Assembly: GCA_037381445.1 (NCBI GenBank)
Contig: JARRQT010000188.1
Span: 1 to 20,935, forward strand
DNA from: Calditrichia bacterium
Lineage (GTDB): Bacteria > Calditrichota > Calditrichia > RBG-13-44-9
Direction of reading: 5' to 3'
DNA length: 20,935 bases
Shown here in pieces: positions 1 to 9,487 of this stretch (positions are counted from its first letter, which is position 1; every line of letters starts with the position of its first letter). A program made the translations under genes and the position numbers. The notes beneath the pieces are model-generated. The model ran no database searches. It was not told the DNA's origin and was given only the letters and a program-made list of their open reading frames with translations.

Positions 1-80
1 GCTACAACGGGTATAAAATCGGCTCGGGACGGTCCGGATTTTTGAAAGAAACCTGGGGCAAAGAGAAGAAGCAGGAGTGA
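1..80 (+). CDS. 3' end of an unidentified gene entering from the left edge (...YNGYKIGSGRSGFLKETWGKEKKQE*)
   Basis: Frame from position 3 is open to TGA at 78-80, followed by a second stop TAA and a hairpin. Too short to assign a function. Confidence 0.45.
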   Translation, partial: YNGYKIGSGRSGFLKETWGKEKKQE

Positions 81-81
81 T

Positions 82-124
82 AAAAAAATCGCCTTCAGAA
101 TTCACCGCTGACTCTGAAGGCGAT
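82..124 (-). terminator. Rho-independent terminator, strongest on the minus strand
   Basis: 12-bp inverted repeat ATCGCCTTCAGA (88-99) / TCTGAAGGCGAT (113-124). The A-run at 82-88 reads as a U-tract on the minus strand. Confidence 0.75.
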
Positions 125-176
125 ATTGGAGGAGGCCTATGCGGGAGTAAGATTTAATTTAGTTCTTATTCCCACT
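82..176 (-). ncRNA. Candidate ~95-nt small RNA: 5' hairpin, anti-SD CCUCCUCC linker, terminator
   Basis: Lies between a sigma28 consensus promoter (182-208) and the terminator (82-124). Imperfect stem at 141-152/164-175. No family recognised. Confidence 0.5.
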
Positions 177-181
177 TATTA

Positions 182-208
182 TTATCGGCTCACCAATGAG
201 CGCCTTTA
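182..208 (-). promoter_or_regulatory. Sigma28 (FliA/SigD)-type promoter
   Basis: Minus strand reads TAAA-GGCGCTCATTGGTGA(15 nt)-GCCGATAA, an exact match to the TAAA-N15-GCCGATAA consensus. Confidence 0.65.
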
Positions 209-420
209 GCATTTTTTGCAATATTTTATATTTTTTTCAATTTTTATTTTTTTGGAGAGAATAATCCGGAAGATCATTATTTTTGCGTTGGCAGAATAAT
301 GGCGGCGGAAAACGAAAACCATGCGGCACTTGCCGTCGATAATTCGGGATAAATATATTTTGAATAGGAGAAAATGCAGACCTCACTAAACAGACGTTTC
401 TCTTTATTTAAGATTTTTGA

Positions 421-450
421 AAATAAAAAAGGGGGCTTTCGCCCCCTTTT
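421..450 (-). terminator. Rho-independent terminator of gdhA
   Basis: Minus strand AAAAGGGGGC-GAAA-GCCCCCTTTTTTATTT: GC stem, GNRA loop and U-tract, 24 nt past the gdhA stop. Confidence 0.9.
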
Positions 451-474
451 CACATAAGAAACATTTGGTTCAAA

Positions 475-1839
<1,365 letters not shown>

Positions 1840-1880
1840 TTAAGTTAGATTAGATCATTAAAATATGGGCAAATTCCCAT

Positions 1881-1907
1881 AAATAAAAAATGAGGCGTTA
1901 AGCCTCA
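1881..1907 (-). terminator. Terminator-like hairpin in the gdhA upstream region
   Basis: Minus strand TGAGGC-TTAAC-GCCTCA followed by TTTTTTATTT, about 55 nt before the gdhA start. Confidence 0.5.
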
Positions 1908-2420
1908 CTGTTTTATTATCATCAACTTTTTATCGTATTCCATACAGACAATTCACATATCATGGAGAAGCTGCGTAAATCACAAGAGCTCAGACAATTC
2001 CGGAATATTTCAGACACTGTAAGAATCCACCCTTTTGTAAAGGTATAACACATTATTCAGTTCACAGATAAAACCAGCAATAGCCAGAACAGGAACATGA
2101 GACGAAGTCAAAGGGAACAGGCATATGAGCGATTTCCATTTATTATAAAATAATTTTCACAAAACAATTTATGGGCCGCTTTTAAATTTGTCAAGACATT
2201 TAGAAAAAAGCTCCTGCCGCTATTTTCAATAAATCCATAAACGGGAATTCTCATTGACATAAAATCTCCGAGGCCCTGGCATAATCTCAAAATTACCGGG
2301 TAAAGATGAATATTCATCAGATTGCCACAGCTTGCCGGAATTTTAAATGAATCATATTGCATCCATTTTCTCGCGACATTAACTTTGGTCAAAATGTAAG
2401 GTATTAGATGGAAAAGGTTT

Positions 2421-5378
2421 ATGAATCTGGCATCTGATTTTGAAGTTCAATTCAGCGGCTTTCATGACCTCATGAAGTTCCGGGTGCGTGAAATACTTCT
2501 GGTTTCCAGCCTCTACGACGCATTTGTGCTGGAAGAAGACGGCCGCCTGGCGGAAAGAATTTTCAGTGAATATCTCGATCTCAACCTTCATTTTATCCCC
2601 CGCATTTATAAAGTGTCCACAGCAGAGGAAGCGCTCAGGGCGCTGCAAAATCAGTCGTTCGACCTAGTCATCACCATGGCCCGTATCTCCGATATGAATC
2701 CCATCGAATTCGGACAGCGGGTCAAGGAAATGGATCCCGAAAAGCCGGTGGTCCTGCTCACTTACGACGTCATCGATCCCGTTCTTCTGGAGAAGATCCG
2801 CGAAGTGAAAAGCATCGATAAAGTATTTTACTGGTCCGGAGAATCAAAGATACTGCTGGCAATCATAAAATATGTGGAAGATTTAAAGAATGTGCCGTAT
2901 GATGCGCCCGCCGGTGTGCAGGTGATCCTGATTATCGAAGACTCGCCAAAATTCTATTCTCTTTTTCTGCCCTACATCTATACCGAAATCATGACCCAGA
3001 CCCGCCTGCTGATATCCGACGGCGTAAATGATCTGCACCGGATGCTGCGGATGCGTGCCCGTCCCAAAATTCTGATGGCAGAGTCCCTGGAGGATGGTTT
3101 AAATATTTATGAAGCCTATAAACATAATCTTCTGGGAATCATTTCCGATGTGCGGTTCCCCAATCAGGGTGTGCTGGACGCACAGGCGGGATTACTATTG
3201 GCGGAGAAAGTAAAATCCGAGGTCTCGGATCTTCCCATTTTGCTGCAGTCCTCCGACGACAAAGCCAGGCAGCGGGCGGAACAACTGAATGCCACCTATC
3301 TCAATAAGAGTTCTCCCAATCTGGGCCTGGAATTGAAAAATTTTATCCTGCATAATTTCGGATTCGGGGAATTTATCTTCCGCCATCAGGATGGAACCGA
3401 AATTTGCAGGGCCCGGAACCTGACTGAATTTACCTCGAAGATTCCCACTATTCCCATCGAGAGTCTGGAATATCATGCGCGGCGAAACCATATTTCCATC
3501 TGGCTGAGGGCCAGGACGGAATTCGAACTCGCCGATGAACTGCGCCCCATACAGGTTTCCGACTTTTCCGACGCGGAAGAAATGCGGAATTTCATTTTGA
3601 AGGCACTGCAGAGGCGTATCGATCAGCTCCAATTGGGCGTTATAAAGGATTTTGGCTCCTCCCAATATTACGCGGACAACACCTTTATCCGCATCGGAAG
3701 CGGATCCCTGGGCGGGAAAGGCCGCGGACTCGCTTTTATAAATGCCCTGCTCGCCAATAGTGCCGCCTTCGGGAAATTCCCGGATATTGACATCAAAACG
3801 CCGCAAACCTTTGTCCTGGGAACTGAAGTTTTCGAAGAATTCATGGAAATGAATAATCTGCAGGAGTTTGCTGTCAATTGCCGGGACGAAGAGAAAATCG
3901 CCGCACGGTTTCTGGACGGTAAATTTCCTGCAAACATTACTCATGATCTCTTCGCGCTGCTGGAGAAAATCAGCTATCCGCTGGCTGTCCGTTCCTCCAG
4001 TTTGCTGGAAGATTCCCAGCTCCTGCCGTTCGCCGGGATGTACAAAACCTATATGATACCCAACAATCATGTGGATCTTCGCGTGAGAGCCGGGCAGCTT
4101 CTGGATGCGATCAGGCTGGTATATGCTTCCGTCTACTTTCAGAATCCGAAAGAATATGTCAAAAACTCTGGGTTCCGGATAGAGGAAGAAAAAATGGCGG
4201 TCATCATCCAGCAGGTTGCGGGCGTCCATTACGGGCAGTCATTTTATCCTGTCATATCGGGTGTGGCGCAATCCTATAATTTTTATCCCATATCTCACAT
4301 GAAGCCCGAGGATGGAATCGTGCATCTGGCCATGGGTTTGGGAAAGATCATCACGGACGGCGAACAGATTTACCGGTTCTCGCCGGCCTATCCGCAGATG
4401 AATCTACCCTACAGTTCCGCACTGGAGTATGTGAAGAATTCCCAATCCAGCTACTTGACGCTGGATATTGGCAAACCGGGCCTGAAAGTACAGCTGGATG
4501 AAAATTTCAGCCTGAAGAAGCTGGAGATATCCAAAGCTGAAAATGACGGCACCCTCTTTTTCATCGGAAGCAGCTATTCACCGGAAGACGGACGGATTCA
4601 GGATTCGCTTCACATAAGCGGCCCGCGAGTTATTACTTTTGCCAACATCCTAAAATACAACATATTTCCCCTGTCGGACCTGCTGCAGAATCTGTTGTCC
4701 CTGGGAAAAACCGCATTCGGCACCCATGTGGAGATTGAATTCGCCATCAATTTGTACAAAAAGAACAGAAAAAAACCGGAATTCTATATTCTGCAAATCC
4801 GCCCCATGATTGCAGGTAATGAAAATTATGAGGTGTCGGTGGATTCTATGGATCCTCGTACTTCCCTTTGCTTCTCCAATCACGCCATTGGAAACGGCAT
4901 ATTCCGTAATATCTTTGATCTGATTTACGTCAAGCCGGAGGATTTCGATATCTCAAAAAGCGACCGGATTGCCATGGAGCTGGATGAACTGAACCAGTCG
5001 CTGGATGAAGAGCAGCGGAACTATATTTTGCTGGGATTCGGCCGCTGGGGCACCGCCGATCCGTGGCTGGGAATCCCGGTGGAATGGCACAATATTTCGC
5101 AGGCCAAGGTGCTGATCGAGACCAGCCTGGGCGATTTCAATATCGAGCCGTCATCCGGAAGCCATTTTTTCCACAACCTGATTTCCCTTCGCCTGGGATA
5201 TTTTTCAATCCGGAAGATGGGCGAGACTGAACACATTTCCTGGGACTGGATCCGCCGGCAGCCGGCCTATCGCGAAACGAAATTCCTGCGGCATTTGCGT
5301 TTTGAACACCCCTTTGTGGTGAAAATCGACGGAAGGACCTCCACCGGTCTGATACTAAAACCCAATGGGCAGATATAA
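2421..5378 (+). CDS. Receiver-domain protein fused to a PEP synthase/PPDK-like ATP-grasp domain (pseudo-REC + REC + DUF5752-like + PPDK_N + HFF domain)
   Basis: REC motifs VILIIED...IISDVRFP...LLQSS...LNK. PPDK_N motifs GSLGGKGRGL, LAVRSSSLLED, FAGMY, MAVIIQQV, GLGK, EIEFA, LQIRP. C-terminal GRWG and SSGSHFFHN. Confidence 0.9.
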   Translation: MNLASDFEVQFSGFHDLMKFRVREILLVSSLYDAFVLEEDGRLAERIFSEYLDLNLHFIPRIYKVSTAEEALRALQNQSFDLVITMARISDMNPIEFGQRVKEMDPEKPVVLLTYDVIDPVLLEKIREVKSIDKVFYWSGESKILLAIIKYVEDLKNVPYDAPAGVQVILIIEDSPKFYSLFLPYIYTEIMTQTRLLISDGVNDLHRMLRMRARPKILMAESLEDGLNIYEAYKHNLLGIISDVRFPNQGVLDAQAGLLLAEKVKSEVSDLPILLQSSDDKARQRAEQLNATYLNKSSPNLGLELKNFILHNFGFGEFIFRHQDGTEICRARNLTEFTSKIPTIPIESLEYHARRNHISIWLRARTEFELADELRPIQVSDFSDAEEMRNFILKALQRRIDQLQLGVIKDFGSSQYYADNTFIRIGSGSLGGKGRGLAFINALLANSAAFGKFPDIDIKTPQTFVLGTEVFEEFMEMNNLQEFAVNCRDEEKIAARFLDGKFPANITHDLFALLEKISYPLAVRSSSLLEDSQLLPFAGMYKTYMIPNNHVDLRVRAGQLLDAIRLVYASVYFQNPKEYVKNSGFRIEEEKMAVIIQQVAGVHYGQSFYPVISGVAQSYNFYPISHMKPEDGIVHLAMGLGKIITDGEQIYRFSPAYPQMNLPYSSALEYVKNSQSSYLTLDIGKPGLKVQLDENFSLKKLEISKAENDGTLFFIGSSYSPEDGRIQDSLHISGPRVITFANILKYNIFPLSDLLQNLLSLGKTAFGTHVEIEFAINLYKKNRKKPEFYILQIRPMIAGNENYEVSVDSMDPRTSLCFSNHAIGNGIFRNIFDLIYVKPEDFDISKSDRIAMELDELNQSLDEEQRNYILLGFGRWGTADPWLGIPVEWHNISQAKVLIETSLGDFNIEPSSGSHFFHNLISLRLGYFSIRKMGETEHISWDWIRRQPAYRETKFLRHLRFEHPFVVKIDGRTSTGLILKPNGQI

Positions 5379-5485
5379 CCTGCCCGGCGAACAAATAGAT
5401 CCTGAACATGTTCCAATCAAAAAGAAAATATCATATAATTTATCTTACAGATTCCAACATTCGTTATCCGGGGATTTTTTGAAAC

Positions 5486-6294
5486 GTGCCTGAATGCTTT
5501 TTTGTATCCGATTTGCACGGCCATACAGACCGCTATGATAAACTGTTTAAGGCCATTTCGGGAGAACCTCCCGCTGCCATTTTTCTGGGGGGCGATCTGC
5601 TGCCCCACGACGGCAAACTGAAGCAAGCCATGAGTCTTTCCCACCGGGATTTTGTAAATGATTATCTGGCCGAAAATTTCAGGAAACTGCGAGGGCAATT
5701 GGGGGAAGCGTATCCATCTGTTTTCTTAATACTGGGGAATGACGATGCACGCTATCAGGAGGCGGCGATACTTGCCGCGGCCGGCGAAGGAATCTGGAGC
5801 TACATCCATAATCGTAAAATTAATTTTCGGGAATATGAGGTCTATGGTTATGCCATGGTTCCGCCCACCCCCTTCCGCCTGAAGGACTGGGAACGCTATG
5901 ATGTGTCCCGTTTTGTGGATCCGGGCTGCATCTCCCCCGAATCGGGATGGTACACGGTGCCTGTTTCGGAAAATATCTGATAAACTCCATATTTCTTTTT
6001 CATACCCCGCCCTACCAGACTGCACTGGACCGGGCGGCGCTGGACGGAAAAATGATCGATTATGCGCCGCTGGATGTGCATGTGGGAAGTATTGCCGTGA
6101 AGCGATTTATTGTAGGCCGCCAGCCGCTCATCACCCTGCACGGGCATGTGCATGAATCCGCCAGGATCACCGGCAAGTGGCAGGAAAAAATCGGAAGGAC
6201 ATATGCCTTTTCCGCAGCCCATGACGGTCCCGAGCTTGCCCTGGTGAAATTCGATCCGGAACACCCGGAGAAAGCCCGCCGGGAACTGCTCTGA
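5486..6294 (+). pseudogene. Calcineurin-like metallophosphoesterase split by a frameshift (ORFs 5486-5980 and 5947-6294)
   Basis: SDLHG, GGDL and GNDD lie in the first frame; LFHTPP and HGHVH lie in the -1 frame. Together they make one complete motif set. GTG start. Confidence 0.85.
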
Positions 6295-6295
6295 G

Positions 6296-9200
6296 TTATT
6301 TCACCTCATTTTTCAGCGGCAGCGGCCGGGCCGGATCTGTGATTGCACCGATCTTGAGCGCAAAACTTTGCTTTTGACGAATATCTTCATCGGTTACCAG
6401 ATGCACATCGAGTAACCCATCGCTTTTATATCCCGTGCGCTGGTAATTCATTTCCGCCAGGCAGTGGCTCCAGCCATCCAGCCACAATAAGAGATCAGCC
6501 CGTTGGTCTTCGGTTCCGTCAAAATGGATCAGAATATCAATATCGCTGCCCGGGCCGGCCGTAGCATTCTTGGTGCTGCCAAAGATATAAAATCCCTTCA
6601 CGCCAAACCGGTCGGGATCAATTTGTGAAGCGATCCGGGTGGCCATTTGCAGGCGCCAGCGCCAGAACTCTTCTCCGGTTTTTCTCTTCATGGAGTAGGA
6701 TTCTTCGGGATACATATCAACAGGGGAAGAGGGCGATGCCAGCACGCCCAAGGCCTCGTCCAAATCCGCATTCATGAGAATACGGAGCACATAGCCATTG
6801 GTGCTTTTGGGAACATCGATCACCCGCACGTACTCCGAGAGATGGGAAAATTCAGGTGCGATATCCGCCAGAATATTCGGGGACTTCAGCAGAAATCTTT
6901 CATTAAAGATGATTCCCTCTTCATCCGGATAAAGCGGCAGATACCGGATGGCCGATTCCACCAGATCCTGGAAAAAATGGGTGCCGAAAGAGAGATCGGG
7001 CGTATAATTTCCTTTTTTGCGGGCGATTTCAATCAGAACAGCAGTATTATTAATATCGGAATATGTGACGCATACGCCCAGTTTGATATCGCCCCGGCTG
7101 CCCCATCGTCCCGGCCCCATTAAAACAAATTGACGTTTGGGAAGGATTTTATTCAATTTTCCGATGGTTCTCCCGATTTCCCGGAGTTCTTCCAGACTCG
7201 TAATATTAGAATATGCCTCAGGATCGACATAGGCAATGTGCGTGATGTCGGGCGAGCGGCCATTGGAAATATATTTGTTCGCGGTGAAAAGAATCCGGTC
7301 CTCAGGAATATCCCTTGGAATGGGGGCTGCCACCGCATCTTTTGAAAAGCTCTGCGGGCGGCATTGCAGGAGATAAAAATTCTGGCCGTCGTGGGCAAAT
7401 TCAATATCCACCGGATATCCCAGCTTTGACTGCAGCAGGTCAAGTATGGCTTTCAACTGCTTTACGAAGGAATCCTGACTGACCAGTCCTTCAAAAGTCA
7501 CCACCAGATCCTCTTTCTGAAAATCTATTTGCATCCCGAACGGCTTTCTCAGGTGGTGGTCTTCCGCAACGGACACTATCCTATTAATCTTGGGATATTC
7601 TTCGCCGTATTCACGCAGTAAATCACTGACATCCACAGTTTCAAAACTATTGGTTTCAAGATTAATGATATCGATCTGCTTTGGCGAATATCTCACTATT
7701 TCTTCGGGAGTCACATTGACGCGAAGGCCCGGCTGACCGGGTGCGATAAGAATGGGATAATCGTCGCTTAATCGATCGACGGCGCGGGTTCCCAGTCCGG
7801 GCACCAGCCGCAGCAGACCATCTTCGCGCTTAATCCGCGGCGACCAGCGGAATTCATTGTTGCTGAAAGCCACGCCGGCAAAGGCGGGAAGGAAATATTT
7901 CCCGACCTGTTTTCCAACCACTTCCTGGATGAGAATGCCCATCTCCTCGTGAAAATCCAGCAGCTTTCGTTCGGCGCGGTATTCAATGGGATCGGGGCTG
8001 AAGGTAGATGAATAGACTTCTGCAATGGCGTCCAGCAGCGCCTCCAGCCGCTCTTCCTTGGTCCCCTGATTGGCCAGGAACAGGCTTTTATACTTGCCCG
8101 AAAAAGCTGATCCCAGGCGGTCTTCCAATAAACTTGAGCTCCTCACGATCAGCGGCTTATCCCCCAGATCATCCAGCACCACCGAGAGCCCTTTAACGAT
8201 TTCCGGCGGAAAATGGGAATTGATAAACACCTGCACGATGTGCGGATATTCTTGCCGGATCTGCCCGATATCCTTATATTTCTGCTCAATGACTTCTTCA
8301 AGGTTGTTATAATGAAGGAAGCTGAGAAGGCCGTCCGAAGTGATATACCATGTGCGGGGTGTTTTCACATCACACACTGACGGACATTCTTCAACAGATT
8401 TTCTGATGATCTGGTAAGCCAGAAAGAGCCCGGCGCTTTTGCCCCCCAGTTTTCCGTGGCTTCCCGTGGGATAAATCATGCGCTGTAAAAGATTATAAAA
8501 TTCGGACACGTCAACATAGTTCTTGGCGATATTGATAAAATCCAGCTGATCGGTAAAGAATCTGCGGATCAGCGACACATTCAATGTCTTTTTGGTCGAT
8601 TCGGACAATTCAAGACCTTCGGGTGCCAGATGATAAAAACGCATAATGGCATCGCAAATTTCAGTCAGGGAAGTATCCTGGTTTTCCAGTGCCCGCATCA
8701 GAAAGCTGGATTTGTCCTCCTGGATCCATTTCTGTATCATGGAAAGAATTTCTTTATCGCTCAGATGTTCGGCGGCAATTTCGAATATTTTATCCCCTAA
8801 TTGTAGCGTATTGTCCACAAAAGTTTTCTGAAGCGGACGATTTGCTTCCCCAAAGATATCCGGCTCTTCGTTCCTCCGGTCCCCTCCAAAATATTGCATT
8901 AATTCCTGGGCCGATTTCACACCGTGCCATGAAAGGTAATTCATCATTTTGCGGGAAATCCGCACGTACAGGTTGTGATCGGTACGTTGCAGCAGGTCAA
9001 GAATGACCCTCCATTCCCCTTTATGGTTTTCGCTGACATCTTCCCGCACTGTCTGCCATTCCCGGAAAGTTGTTTTCAGGTTTCGGTACAACAAAAAATG
9101 CCCCAGCCGTTCCGCAATGGTGTTGATCAATCTCCGTTCTTCCTTGAGAAAGGGACCTTCGTCAGCCGTGGGACGCTCTTCAGTATAATACACCTCCACA

Positions 9201-9487
9201 ACGCCCACAGCCCTGTCCTGAACTTCTATGGAAGCTTTCTGCACCCATTTTGTCTTCGGGAATTTCATTGAGCGGTAAACAGAGTTGCCATAGCGGATAA
9301 TGACCTGACAGACATCGGGATACTGCCAGCCCTGCGGGATAACATTCACAAGTGAATGGAAAATTTCATCCATGGATGCATCAGGATTATTCAATACCTC
9401 CTCAATCCCGTAGAGGCAATTCAGCTCCTTTGCCCTTTCCTTCAGGGATTCCAGCAAAATTTCTACTGATTTGTTTTCAATTTTCAT
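6296..9487 (-). CDS. PEP synthase/PPDK-like ATP-grasp protein with an N-terminal GAF-like sensor and a C-terminal nucleotidyltransferase domain
   Basis: N-terminal ERAKELNCLY...GWQYP...GPFLKEE (a sensor segment I recognise from histidine kinases). Core GKLGGKSAGL, LIVRSSSLLED, FSGKY, GLGT, DIEFA, LQCRP, GRWG, SFGTHFFQD. C-terminal FGS...SDIDIL...LLDVH. Confidence 0.9.
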   Translation of the reverse strand: MKIENKSVEILLESLKERAKELNCLYGIEEVLNNPDASMDEIFHSLVNVIPQGWQYPDVCQVIIRYGNSVYRSMKFPKTKWVQKASIEVQDRAVGVVEVYYTEERPTADEGPFLKEERRLINTIAERLGHFLLYRNLKTTFREWQTVREDVSENHKGEWRVILDLLQRTDHNLYVRISRKMMNYLSWHGVKSAQELMQYFGGDRRNEEPDIFGEANRPLQKTFVDNTLQLGDKIFEIAAEHLSDKEILSMIQKWIQEDKSSFLMRALENQDTSLTEICDAIMRFYHLAPEGLELSESTKKTLNVSLIRRFFTDQLDFINIAKNYVDVSEFYNLLQRMIYPTGSHGKLGGKSAGLFLAYQIIRKSVEECPSVCDVKTPRTWYITSDGLLSFLHYNNLEEVIEQKYKDIGQIRQEYPHIVQVFINSHFPPEIVKGLSVVLDDLGDKPLIVRSSSLLEDRLGSAFSGKYKSLFLANQGTKEERLEALLDAIAEVYSSTFSPDPIEYRAERKLLDFHEEMGILIQEVVGKQVGKYFLPAFAGVAFSNNEFRWSPRIKREDGLLRLVPGLGTRAVDRLSDDYPILIAPGQPGLRVNVTPEEIVRYSPKQIDIINLETNSFETVDVSDLLREYGEEYPKINRIVSVAEDHHLRKPFGMQIDFQKEDLVVTFEGLVSQDSFVKQLKAILDLLQSKLGYPVDIEFAHDGQNFYLLQCRPQSFSKDAVAAPIPRDIPEDRILFTANKYISNGRSPDITHIAYVDPEAYSNITSLEELREIGRTIGKLNKILPKRQFVLMGPGRWGSRGDIKLGVCVTYSDINNTAVLIEIARKKGNYTPDLSFGTHFFQDLVESAIRYLPLYPDEEGIIFNERFLLKSPNILADIAPEFSHLSEYVRVIDVPKSTNGYVLRILMNADLDEALGVLASPSSPVDMYPEESYSMKRKTGEEFWRWRLQMATRIASQIDPDRFGVKGFYIFGSTKNATAGPGSDIDILIHFDGTEDQRADLLLWLDGWSHCLAEMNYQRTGYKSDGLLDVHLVTDEDIRQKQSFALKIGAITDPARPLPLKNEVK

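Noticed and set aside
128..150. Plus-strand GGAGG followed by the mini-ORF ATG CGG GAG TAA
   Set aside because: Only three codons; better explained as the complement of the minus-strand sRNA candidate.
2108..2392. 94-aa minus-strand ORF in the divergent intergenic region
   Set aside because: No motifs or clear RBS; lies in an AT-rich promoter region.
3195..4229. 344-aa antisense ORF inside the 985-aa gene
   Set aside because: No recognisable motifs; fully opposite a well-supported gene, as expected for a shadow ORF.
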